Origin: Chloroflexota bacterium
Lineage (GTDB): Bacteria; Chloroflexota; Limnocylindria; P2-11E
NCBI GenBank assembly: GCA_009692785.1
Contig: SHYN01000003.1
Coordinates: forward strand, 1 to 39,404
Length of the DNA stretch: 39,404 nt
Reading direction: 5' to 3'
Under the pieces are notes generated by a model. It was given only the letters and a program-made list of their open reading frames with translations. It did not search any database and was not told where the DNA came from. Below, one piece after another: positions 8,729 to 17,645 of the stretch (position 1 is its first letter; each line of letters begins with the position of its first letter). A program made the position numbers and the translations under genes.

Positions 8729-9250
8729 ATGGCGACGCACTCCCCCCTCGGCGCGACCGTCTTCACCGACGGAGCGTGCTCGGGTAACCCCGGGCCGGGC
8801 GGCTGGGCCGCGGTCGTCGCCAGGCCGGAGGGACGCGTCCACGAGCTGGGCGGGTTCGCCCCGCAGACGACCAACAATCGCATGGAGATCATCGCGGCCA
8901 TCGAGGCCTTGACCGCGCTCGGGACGGACGCCGGTCCCGTCCTGCTCTGGACCGACTCCAAGTACGTCCTCGGCGCGGCTGGAGGCTGGATCGCCGGGTG
9001 GAAGCGGCGAGGCTGGCGCAAGGCCGATGGCATACCGGTCCTGAATCAGGATCTCTGGGAACGACTGGACCCGCTGCTCTCAGCGCGCATCGTCTGGCGG
9101 TACGTTCCCGGCCACGCCGGCAACCTCGGGAACACGCGCGCCGACGAGATCGCCGTGGCATTCTCCAAGGGTCGCCCGGTGACGCTGTACGACGGCCCGC
9201 GCGCGGCCTACCCGTACCTGGAGCGCGAGCCCCCGACCTCGGGGGCCTGA
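8729..9250 (+). CDS. rnhA: Ribonuclease HI
   Basis: FTDGACSGNPGPGGW, TTNNRME, TDSKYV, GWKRRGW, NQDLW, GHAG, RADEIA; GGAGG SD before ATG 8729. Confidence 0.95.
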   Translation: MATHSPLGATVFTDGACSGNPGPGGWAAVVARPEGRVHELGGFAPQTTNNRMEIIAAIEALTALGTDAGPVLLWTDSKYVLGAAGGWIAGWKRRGWRKADGIPVLNQDLWERLDPLLSARIVWRYVPGHAGNLGNTRADEIAVAFSKGRPVTLYDGPRAAYPYLEREPPTSGA

Positions 9251-9266
9251 GCCCGCGTGGCGGCTG

Positions 9267-9658
9267 CTAGCCGAACCAGCGTGCGCGCCGGCTGGATGCG
9301 AAGAGGACCTTCTCCGCGGCGATGAGGGCGGTCGGTGGGGTGAAGGCGCCGATCGGGTGTCCAGGCATGGAGAAGAAGTCGACATCGACGCGCGCCACCT
9401 CGTGCCGGCCGAACTCGATGTAGCACGAGCCGGTGCCGTCGTAGCCGGCCGGCACATCCGCGCCGCGGATCCGCGCGATCAGCTGATCGGCCACGACGCG
9501 CGCCGCGCCCTCGGCGAACACGCCGGCCTTGGCCGTGCCGACGCTCGTGACGTCACCGACCGCGTAGACGAACACGAAGGCTTCCGCACGATCGATGAGC
9601 GTGACCTCGACCTCGGCGCCGAGCGCCTCAGTGAGACGGGTCGAGAACTCAGGCCGCC
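9267..9658 (-). pseudogene. Relic of a sulfide:quinone oxidoreductase-like FAD/NAD(P) oxidoreductase (N-terminal stub joined to C-terminal part)
   Basis: GGL/EFSTRLTEALGAEVEVTLIDRAEAFVF (start of a Rossmann fold) runs directly into VYAVGDVT...KAGVFAE...YDGTGSCYIEFG...EK..F...RRARWFG; the middle of the protein and the start are missing. Confidence 0.7.
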
Positions 9659-10218
9659 GGAGTGCAGCCACGAGACGTGGCTCGAATCGATACCGCCTTC
9701 GAGCGCTTGCAGCCAGTTGCTCTCCTGCCAGCGCTTGGAGCTGTACGTCTGCTCCGAGGGAACCTCCACGAACTCAAATGCCGGCAAGGCGGGCCGCTTG
9801 GCCGGATCGCCCAGATAGGCCCAAAGGATGTCACCCACCTTGACCAACGAGTACGAGGCGAGCTTCACCTTCGACCTGAAGTTGCTGTTCTCGGGCTCGG
9901 AGGGCACTTCGACGCATTGGCCCGTGACGTCGTACTTCCATCCGTGGTAGGCGCAGCGCAGTCCCGACTCCTCGTTCCGACCGAACCAGAGCGACACCCC
10001 TCGGTGCGCGCAGAACTCATCGATCAGACCGTATCGGCCTCTGCTGTCACGGAAGGCGATCAGACGCTCCGAGAGGACCTTCACCCGGACCGGGGGCAGT
10101 CGTCCTCCGGCAGCTCTTCCGCGAGCAGAGCGGGAATCCAATACTGCCGGAACAGGTCACCCGTCCGAGTTCTGGGGCCGGTCTGGGTGAGCAACTCGTT
10201 GACGTCCTGCTTGAGCAC
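9651..10218 (-). pseudogene. Frameshifted, truncated Rieske non-heme iron oxygenase (phthalate 4,5-dioxygenase/LigXa-like)
   Basis: GGAGG SD plus GTG 10218, MLKQDVNELLTQTGP...LFRQYWIPALL; one base missing near 10092-10096 (C5 run on minus strand); CAHR...CAYHGW Rieske motif; EGGIDSSHVSWLH iron motif, then homology ends near 9651. Confidence 0.85.
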
Positions 10219-10290
10219 AATGCGGACCTCCTCGTTCGACGAAGGGGCTGGCCGGACTGTCTGAACGGCCCAACGGACTGAGCCGAACAG

Positions 10291-12495
10291 TCAGTGGCCG
10301 TCGCGTGACACCGTGTAGACGTCGTGCACTGACTCGAGCTTTGCGAGGACCCGCGAGAGTTGGTCGACGCTCGTCACGAGCAGGGTCGCGTTAACGGTGG
10401 CGCTCTTGTCGGGATTGCCCGTGGCGGAGAGACTCGCGATCTGCACGGCGCTCTCGCTCATCACCCCGGCGACATCGCGGAGGAGCCCGGGACGGTCCCA
10501 GCCGTGGATCCTGATCGCGACGGGGTAGGTCCGCGTTGTACCACCCTGCTCCCACTCGACCTCGACCATCCGCTCCGGCTCGGGGCTCGTCCGGACGTTG
10601 ACGCAATCGGCGCGGTGCACGGTCACGCCGCGACCACGGGTGATGTAGCCGATGATCGTGTTGCCGGGCACCGGCTCGCAGCAGACGCCGATCCGCACCA
10701 GCAGGTCGTTCACACCCTTCACGCGCACGCCGCTCCGTGAGGTGGGCGGTGGTGCCGGGGGCGCCTGCTCGGGGATGGCGAACTTCGTATCGTCGACGAT
10801 CCCGAGCCGCCGGATGACCTGCGGCGGCGAGATCGCCCCATAGCCGAGCGAGGCGAAGAACGTGTCAAGGTCGGGCAGGTTGAGGGCAAGCGCGACCCGG
10901 CGCAGATCCTCGTCGGCGACCTCGGGGAGCGAGCGCTGCGCTATCTTCCGCAGCTCGCGGTCAAGAAGCTCCTTGCCATGCACGATGTTCTCGTCCCGCT
11001 CCTGCCGTTTGAACCACTGACGGATCTTCTCTCGGGCGCCGGCGGTGCGGACCAGGCCGAGCCAGTCGCGCGACGGTCCGCGTGCGGCCCGGCTCGTGAC
11101 GATCTCGACCACATCCCCGGACTGGAGCTTGTGGTCGAGCGGCGCGATCTGGCCGTTCACCTTCGCGCCGATACAGCGGTGACCGATATCGGTGTGGATG
11201 CGGTAGGCGAAGTCCACCGGCGTGGAACCCGCCGGGAGGTCCTTCACAAGACCCTTGGGCGTGAAGACGAAGACCTGGTCATGGAACACATCGACCTTGA
11301 GCGACTCGACGAACTCCTGGGCGTCGGCAACGTCGTGCTGCCACTCCATGAGCTGGCGCACCCAGGCGAGCTTCGACTCGTACCGGGGGTCGCCCTTGCC
11401 GCCCTCCTTGTAGCGCCAGTGCGCCGCCACCCCGTACTCCGCAAGCGTGTGCATCTCGTGGGTGCGGAGCTGGATCTCGAGCGGCTGACCGTCGGGTCCG
11501 ACGACGGCGGTGTGGAGCGACTGGTAGAGGTTCGACTTGGGGACCGCGATGTAATCGTCGAACTGGCCGGGGATCGGCGGCCAGAGCGTGTGCACGACAC
11601 CGAGCGCCGCATAGCACGAGGGCACATCGCTCACCACGACCCGCACCGCCAGGCTGTCGTAGATCTGCTCGAACGCGACCCCCTTGCGGCGCATCTTTCC
11701 GGCGATCGACCAGAGATGCTTCGCCCGCCCGGAGAGCTCCGCGCCGATCCCGGCCTTATCGAGCTCGAGCGCGAGGGTCGTCATCGCGCTGTCGATGTAC
11801 CGCTCGCGCACCTGCCGGCGCGCGTCGAGCTGTGCCGCGAGGTCGTGGTAGCTCTCCGGCTCCAGGACCTTGAAGGCGAGATCCTCGAGCTCCCACTTGA
11901 TCTGCCAGATCCCGAGCCGATGCGCGAGCGGCGCGTAGATCTCCATCGTTTGCTTCGCGATCCACACCTGCTTCTCGGCCGGCAGCGCCGCGAGGGTCCG
12001 CATGTTGTGGAGCCGGTCGCAGAGCTTGATGACCACGACCCGCAGGTCGTCTGCCATCGCGAGGAACATCTTCCGGATGTTCTCGGCCTGGTGCTCGTCG
12101 CTCGTCTTGCCCTGGAACTTGCCGAGCTTGGTGACCCCCTCGACCAGCCGCGCGATCTCCTCGCCAAAGGCGACGCGGATGTCCTCGCTTGAGCTCTTCG
12201 TGTCCTCAGGCACGTCGTGGAGCAGCGCGGCCGCGACCGTGGCGGGATCGGTGCCCAGCTCTGCGATGAGCAACGCCACCGCCGCGGGATGCTCGACGTA
12301 CGGTCCCCCAGAGGCTCTGAGCTGACCGGCGTGTGCCTCCGTCGCAAAGGCGTGCGCACGCCGCACGAGCTCCACGTCCGCCTCGGGGTCATGGCGGAGC
12401 ACCTCCGCGACCACCTCCTCGATCGCGACGCCGGTATCGCGATGCGGCCGCAGCCGGTCGGTAAGCCCGGCGATCCTCGCGCGCCGCGGGCTCAC
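10291..12495 (-). CDS. rel: Bifunctional (p)ppGpp synthetase/hydrolase (long RSH, Rel)
   Basis: Intact HD motif (LLHDVPED), DRLHNMRTL, GRAKH, YQSLHT, EIQLRT, TGS (DFAYRIHT), CC/ZFD and ACT domains; GTGA-coupled to recJ. Confidence 0.96.
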   Translation of the reverse strand: MSPRRARIAGLTDRLRPHRDTGVAIEEVVAEVLRHDPEADVELVRRAHAFATEAHAGQLRASGGPYVEHPAAVALLIAELGTDPATVAAALLHDVPEDTKSSSEDIRVAFGEEIARLVEGVTKLGKFQGKTSDEHQAENIRKMFLAMADDLRVVVIKLCDRLHNMRTLAALPAEKQVWIAKQTMEIYAPLAHRLGIWQIKWELEDLAFKVLEPESYHDLAAQLDARRQVRERYIDSAMTTLALELDKAGIGAELSGRAKHLWSIAGKMRRKGVAFEQIYDSLAVRVVVSDVPSCYAALGVVHTLWPPIPGQFDDYIAVPKSNLYQSLHTAVVGPDGQPLEIQLRTHEMHTLAEYGVAAHWRYKEGGKGDPRYESKLAWVRQLMEWQHDVADAQEFVESLKVDVFHDQVFVFTPKGLVKDLPAGSTPVDFAYRIHTDIGHRCIGAKVNGQIAPLDHKLQSGDVVEIVTSRAARGPSRDWLGLVRTAGAREKIRQWFKRQERDENIVHGKELLDRELRKIAQRSLPEVADEDLRRVALALNLPDLDTFFASLGYGAISPPQVIRRLGIVDDTKFAIPEQAPPAPPPTSRSGVRVKGVNDLLVRIGVCCEPVPGNTIIGYITRGRGVTVHRADCVNVRTSPEPERMVEVEWEQGGTTRTYPVAIRIHGWDRPGLLRDVAGVMSESAVQIASLSATGNPDKSATVNATLLVTSVDQLSRVLAKLESVHDVYTVSRDGH

Positions 12496-14186
12496 GCCGG
12501 GACCATCGCGGCGGCGCTGCCGACGGCGCCGAAATCCTGGAGCTCGAGCTCCACCATGCCGCGGATCCCGTTCCCCACCGTCACCACGGCGTCGACGCGG
12601 CCCTCGCCCTCCATCGCCTCCGCCCGATCGCCGCGGCGAAAGGCCATCGCATCAAAGGTGAACCGGCCGACGGTGAGCTTGCAGCGGAGGTGGTCGAGGT
12701 CCGCACCGACCTGGCGGATCCCGTGGACGCGGACGTCGCGCAGGAGCAGGCGCGGCCTCGGATTCCCCGCCCCGCACGGCTCGAGGGCCGCGAGCTCGAG
12801 CGCGAGGCGGGCGGACAGCGTGTCCGCCCCGATCTCGGCGTCGACGACGAGCGTCGGCACCGGACGCACGCCGCCGAGCCGCTGGGCGACAAACGCATCG
12901 AGGCGGGCCGTCAGCTCGGGGATGCGCGAAGCGACCACCGAGAAGCCCGCCGCCATCGCGTGCCCGCCGTGGCGTACGAGCAGATCGTCGCAGGCATCGA
13001 GCGCCTCCGCGATGTGGACCCCCGCGATCGAGCGGCAGGAACCCTTCCCCTGGTCGCCATCGAGCGCGATGACGGCCGCGGGCCGCCCGTGATCCTCGAC
13101 CAGGCGTGACGCGGCGAGCCCGACGATCCCAGCAGGCCAGCCGGCGTCAGCGACCACCGTCGCCCAGGCCTCGGGCCGGAGCAGCGCCTGCGCTCGCGCA
13201 CCCGCGACGACCCCGCGCGTCAGCACCTGACGCTCCACGTTCCGCTGCTCAAGCCGGTCGGCGAGGCCCTTCGCCTCCCCGGTGTCCTCGGTCAGGAGAA
13301 GCCGGAGCGCCTCCTCCGCGTCGGTGATCCTGCCCGCGGCATTGAGCCTCGGCCCCAGGCCGAACGCGATGTCCGACGCGGTGACTCGCCCAAGCTTCAG
13401 GCCGGCGCGGTCCACAAGGGCGCGGACGCCGGTGAGCGGCGCGCGGTTGAGCGCCTCGAGGCCGGCGCGTGTGATCACGCGATTGGCGCCGACCAGCGGC
13501 ACAACGTCGGCGACGGTCGCGAGCGCCGCCAGCTGCACGAGGGCGTCCTCGTGCACCGCGAAGGCGACGTCGCCGAGCAGCTCACGCGCGAGGACGAGGG
13601 CGACCCCGGACCCCGAGAGGTCCTTATCACGGGAGGGATCTCCCGGCCGCCGCGGGTTCACCACCGCGAAGGCTTCGGGCAGCTTTTCGGGCGGATGGTG
13701 ATGGTCGGTGATGATGAGGTCCACGCCAAGCCGGCGCGCGATGGCCGCCTCACCGACCGCTGTCACGCCGCAGTCGACGGAAATGACGACCGTCGCCCCG
13801 TCGGCGGCGAGCTTCTCGAGCGCGTCGCCGTTCAGCCCATAGCCCTCCTCGTACCGATTGGGGATATACGCCGCGACGACGGTGCCAAGTGCGCGAAAGG
13901 CCCGCACGAGGATCGCGGTGCCGGCGATGCCGTCCACGTCGTAGTCGCCATAGACCACGATGCGCTCGCCGGCGGCGAGCGCGCGCCGAAGGCGGGTCAC
14001 GGCAAGCGCCAGATCCAGCATCGGCGGCCCACCCCGCGTGGGTCCGCCGGTCAGGAACGCCGCCATCGCGGCGGCGGGAATGCCCCGCGCGCCGAGGATC
14101 CTCGCGATCAGGTCCGGAATACCATCGGGCGCGTCCAAGCTCGCGACCTGCGGCAGGATCCAGCGACGGTGAGGAGCGAGCGGCAT
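12492..14186 (-). CDS. recJ: Single-stranded-DNA-specific exonuclease RecJ
   Basis: YGDYDVDG, SVDCG, ITDHH, ATVADVVPL, PRLNAAGR, GSCRS, GGHAMAAG, EPCGAGNP. Confidence 0.96.
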   Translation of the reverse strand: MPLAPHRRWILPQVASLDAPDGIPDLIARILGARGIPAAAMAAFLTGGPTRGGPPMLDLALAVTRLRRALAAGERIVVYGDYDVDGIAGTAILVRAFRALGTVVAAYIPNRYEEGYGLNGDALEKLAADGATVVISVDCGVTAVGEAAIARRLGVDLIITDHHHPPEKLPEAFAVVNPRRPGDPSRDKDLSGSGVALVLARELLGDVAFAVHEDALVQLAALATVADVVPLVGANRVITRAGLEALNRAPLTGVRALVDRAGLKLGRVTASDIAFGLGPRLNAAGRITDAEEALRLLLTEDTGEAKGLADRLEQRNVERQVLTRGVVAGARAQALLRPEAWATVVADAGWPAGIVGLAASRLVEDHGRPAAVIALDGDQGKGSCRSIAGVHIAEALDACDDLLVRHGGHAMAAGFSVVASRIPELTARLDAFVAQRLGGVRPVPTLVVDAEIGADTLSARLALELAALEPCGAGNPRPRLLLRDVRVHGIRQVGADLDHLRCKLTVGRFTFDAMAFRRGDRAEAMEGEGRVDAVVTVGNGIRGMVELELQDFGAVGSAAAMVPA

Positions 14187-15547
14187 TGACCTTTAAGTAT
14201 CTCGCATGCGTGCTCGCCGTCAGCGTGGTCGTCGCGTGCACCACACCGACCACCGTTGCGCCGCCGTCTCCTGGGGCTTCCGCGACCCCCTCGGCGACCC
14301 CTGCTTCAACGACACCGTCCTCGACCGCGTCACCACCCTCCGGCATGGAGCGAGTGGTGACCGCGACCGTTGGCGCAAAACGGAAGTGGTATCTGGTGCC
14401 CGACGGGCTGCAGACCACGGATGGGCTGAGCTTCACGGCGGCCGTCATCGGGGCGCAGTTCGACGGCGACGCGACCGCGGGAACACCCTTCGCGCGCCTC
14501 CGCGCGACCGGCCGCGAGTATCCGCTCATCGGACCCACGACCGGGCCGACATTCTTTCAAGCCGCGATCCCTCTCGCAGGTCTCGCACCAGGGCGCCAGG
14601 TCGTCGACATCCTCGAGCGCCTGACCGGCGGACGCGAGGCGGTCGTCGGAACGGCCGAGTTCGTGCTGTCCGCGCCGGAGTACGTGGTCTGGACGCTTGA
14701 CTTCGAGGGAGACGAGTCGGACGATCCCGAATTGGCGAACACCGCCGCGATCGCGGACGGCCTGCAGATCCCCATGGTCGTGATGTGGAACCCGCGCGTC
14801 TGGAACACGACCGAGGTGCGTCCGGCGCGCGCCGAAGCGATGCTCGCGTGGACGAAGGCGCGCGTGGCGAAGGGCGACGAGGTCGCGCTCCACCTCCACG
14901 GCTGGCTCGACTGGATCGCGGCCACCGGTGTCACGCCGCGAACGACGCCGAGCTGGGCCGGTCGTCGTGACGGCTACGACGTGCCGCTCTCCGCCTATCC
15001 CGAGAGCGAGACGAAGACGCTCCTTGACGCGGCGCTCCGGCAGATGGCCGAGCACGGCCTGCCCCGACCAACCTCGTTCCGGGCCGGAGGCCAGTTCGCG
15101 AGCGCGCCGAATCTCAAGGCGGTCGCGGCCGCGGGTTTCACCGTGGACTGCACCGCCGTCCCTGCAGGCACCTTGGGCTCGCTGCGCCTCCCCTGGACGT
15201 TACCGCGCGACGCTCAGCCGTACCGCCCCGCGGCCGACGACCCGAGCACGCCGGGCGACCTCCCACTCCTTGAATCACCGACGATCGGCGGCAACACCTA
15301 CGCGCACACGGCGGAGAGCATCCAGTCGATCGTCCGCGCGGACCTCGCGATGCTCACGCCCGCCGGCGAATTCGCGAAGGAGCGCCGCACGCTCAACGTC
15401 GTGAGCCACCCGGGCACGATCGTCCCCGCCGAACGCGCTGCGATCGAATCGCTCTTCCGCGCCTTCGAGCCGCTCCGCTTCGACCACGATGCGGGACCGC
15501 TGCGCTTCGTCACCCTGCAGCAACTCGCCCGGGCCTACGCCCGGTAG
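14186..15547 (+). CDS. Putative lipoprotein with polysaccharide deacetylase-like (CE4/NodB-type) domain
   Basis: VVAC lipobox, Ser/Thr/Pro linker, WTLDFEGD, EVALHLH, PTSFRAGG, VVSHP. Start uncertain (TTG 14186 or GTG 14210); the upstream ORF extension is recJ antisense. Confidence 0.65.
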   Translation: MTFKYLACVLAVSVVVACTTPTTVAPPSPGASATPSATPASTTPSSTASPPSGMERVVTATVGAKRKWYLVPDGLQTTDGLSFTAAVIGAQFDGDATAGTPFARLRATGREYPLIGPTTGPTFFQAAIPLAGLAPGRQVVDILERLTGGREAVVGTAEFVLSAPEYVVWTLDFEGDESDDPELANTAAIADGLQIPMVVMWNPRVWNTTEVRPARAEAMLAWTKARVAKGDEVALHLHGWLDWIAATGVTPRTTPSWAGRRDGYDVPLSAYPESETKTLLDAALRQMAEHGLPRPTSFRAGGQFASAPNLKAVAAAGFTVDCTAVPAGTLGSLRLPWTLPRDAQPYRPAADDPSTPGDLPLLESPTIGGNTYAHTAESIQSIVRADLAMLTPAGEFAKERRTLNVVSHPGTIVPAERAAIESLFRAFEPLRFDHDAGPLRFVTLQQLARAYAR

Positions 15548-15570
15548 GGCCTGCGCCTGGTCTCGGTCCT

Positions 15571-15621
15571 GCGGCGGGTCGCTCGTTCGCCGCGTCCGGC
15601 GGCGGGCTGCTCGTTCGCCGC
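15571..15621. repeat. Tandem pair of 23-bp palindromic (REP-like) hairpin units between convergent genes
   Basis: gcggcgggtcgctcgttcgccgc (15571-15593) and gcggcgggctgctcgttcgccgc (15599-15621), 21/23 identical, each with GCGGCG...CGCCGC arms. Confidence 0.6.
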
Positions 15622-15671
15622 AGCGCACGGCAGACGGGCACTGCCGCCCGCGGCTGCGCCAGCAACGATGC

Positions 15672-16715
15672 TCAGCCGGCGACGCGCATGACCTCGATCG
15701 CGCAGCCGAGGAGCCCCACCAGCTCGCCGATGACGAAGAGCGGACCACGCCCGCGGTCTCCGGCCACCACCTCCGCGTGCTGGATGAGGGCGGGCGCTGC
15801 GAGGCGGAAGGAGCCGGTGCGCGGCGCGTCGCGCGCGGCCTCCGCCTCCGCGATGGGCTCGTAATTGTCGTCGGGATCGTGGATCCAGAACACCGGAGGC
15901 GCCACTTCAGACCACCGCGAGCGTGGCGAGAGCGCGTCGAACAGGACACGGTCGGCCTGCGGTAGGGCGCGAAGCCGCGAGAGCGCCGCGTGATGGTCGG
16001 AGCCAAGGAGGGCACCCTCGAGGCCCGGCCGACCCGCGGGCGACACCGCCGCGAGCGCGGCAAGCGGAAGCCGCTCGCGGACCTCGGCGCTGGGCCGCCA
16101 GGGCACCACCGCGCCCGCCCGGGTCTGGGCACCGCTCGCGACGCTCGCGACATAGGTATCGAGGTCGAAGTAGGCACCGAGGACGATGAGCTCGTCCGCG
16201 GACCGAAGCGCTTGTCCGCGGGACGCGGCGGCGAGGAGCAGCCCGCCCCCGATCGACGAGCCAAAGGCGCCGGCATGCTCCCCTGCCGCCGCGCCCCGCA
16301 CCGCGGCAAAGGCCGAATCGAGCTGCCCGAGCGCAGCCTCCTCGAACCGCGCTTCCTTGAGGAACGGGAACTCCGGGAGCACCGCGAGGAACCCGGCCCG
16401 CGCGAGCGCGCGGCCGAACTGGCGGGTCAGCGCGTTGTCGTTCCCGGCCGGCGAGGCGCCGTTCACGATGAGGAGCGCGGGGTGCCGGTCACCCCAGCCG
16501 GGCTCCCAGGTCGTAACGCGCATGCTCACTCCATCGAACGAGCCCGTGCCCTCGCGCACCCGAGGCAGAGGCGAAACGAGGGATGCGAGATCCGTGCCGA
16601 CGAGGCCGCTGAACAGGTCGAGAAGGAGGACCGTCGCCCGTCCCGCCGGTCGGATGAGGGGACCCCAGAGGAGCACCAGAGCGAGGGCAGCGGCGAGCGC
16701 GAGACGGCGGCGCAC
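15672..16715 (-). CDS. Membrane-anchored/secreted alpha/beta hydrolase-fold protein
   Basis: N-terminal hydrophobic signal, PALLIVNG, LARAGFLAVLP, G-S-S-I-G-G nucleophile elbow, WIHDPDD, IQHAEV. Confidence 0.65.
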   Translation of the reverse strand: MRRRLALAAALALVLLWGPLIRPAGRATVLLLDLFSGLVGTDLASLVSPLPRVREGTGSFDGVSMRVTTWEPGWGDRHPALLIVNGASPAGNDNALTRQFGRALARAGFLAVLPEFPFLKEARFEEAALGQLDSAFAAVRGAAAGEHAGAFGSSIGGGLLLAAASRGQALRSADELIVLGAYFDLDTYVASVASGAQTRAGAVVPWRPSAEVRERLPLAALAAVSPAGRPGLEGALLGSDHHAALSRLRALPQADRVLFDALSPRSRWSEVAPPVFWIHDPDDNYEPIAEAEAARDAPRTGSFRLAAPALIQHAEVVAGDRGRGPLFVIGELVGLLGCAIEVMRVAG

Positions 16716-16724
16716 CGCTGGAGG

Positions 16725-17645
16725 CTAGACGGCCGCGCTCGCGGTGGAACGGTGACGGATGCGGTCCTCGGTCTCCTGCCAGAGCGAAACGATCTGACTC
16801 GCGTTGAAGATCGAGGAGTAGGTGCCCGAGACGATCCCGACGAGGAGCGCCAGGGCGAAATTGCGCATCGAGAATCCACCAAAGAGGTACAGCGCGAGGA
16901 GCGTCAGGACGACGGTCAGCGACGTGATCACCGACCGCGCCAGCGTCTGCATGATCGAGAAGTTGATGACCGCATTGAGCGCTTCGCCGGGATTGAGCCG
17001 GAGGTTCTCGCGGATCCGGTCAAAGACGACGATCGTGTCGTGGACCGAGAAGCCGATGATCGTGAGCACCGCCGTCACAAAGAGACTGTCCACCTCGACG
17101 TTGAAGAAGTATCCCAGGAAGGCGAACAGGCCCAGAACGACGAGCGCGTCGTGCAGCAGCGCGATGATCGCCGCGATCCCGTAGCGGAAGGCGCCCCAGC
17201 CGAACGACCGGAAGGCGAACGCGATGAGGAACACGATCATGATCGACGCGACCGTGATCGCACCGATCGCATTCTGGATGAGCTCGCCGCTGAAGGATGG
17301 GCTCACGACGGAGGTCGAGAGGTCCTTGAAGCGCGTTCCGTACTGTGACGTGATCGTGCGCTGGACCAGGCCGAGCTCCTCGGCCTGCATCTCACCCGTC
17401 CGGATCTGAAGACGACCGCCCTCAGCACCCTGGACCACAGCCTCCGGGTGCCCGAGCTTCGCGAACAGGTCCTTCATCTCGGCAACTTGCGGTGCCGTGT
17501 CGAACCGCGCGTCGAGGAGGCTCCCGCCGCGGAACTCGACCCCCAGCTTCAGGCCTCCCGCGAGGAGAAAGAACAATCCGGGAAGGATGAGCGCGCCCGA
17601 GATGAGGAAGTACCACTTCTTGCGCTCGACGATCTTGAACAGCAT
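16725..17645 (-). CDS. secF: Protein translocase subunit SecF
   Basis: LGVEFRGG, ALLHD, IIGFSVHDTIVVFDRIRENL, QTLARS, GTYSSIFNA. Confidence 0.96.
   Translation of the reverse strand: MLFKIVERKKWYFLISGALILPGLFFLLAGGLKLGVEFRGGSLLDARFDTAPQVAEMKDLFAKLGHPEAVVQGAEGGRLQIRTGEMQAEELGLVQRTITSQYGTRFKDLSTSVVSPSFSGELIQNAIGAITVASIMIVFLIAFAFRSFGWGAFRYGIAAIIALLHDALVVLGLFAFLGYFFNVEVDSLFVTAVLTIIGFSVHDTIVVFDRIRENLRLNPGEALNAVINFSIMQTLARSVITSLTVVLTLLALYLFGGFSMRNFALALLVGIVSGTYSSIFNASQIVSLWQETEDRIRHRSTASAAV

Noticed and set aside
13889-14185. 5' extension of the lipoprotein ORF
   Set aside because: Arg-rich antisense reading of recJ; the signal peptide and lipobox begin at or after 14186.
15571-15621. CRISPR array
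   Set aside because: Only two units, 5-bp separation, no spacers and no cas genes.
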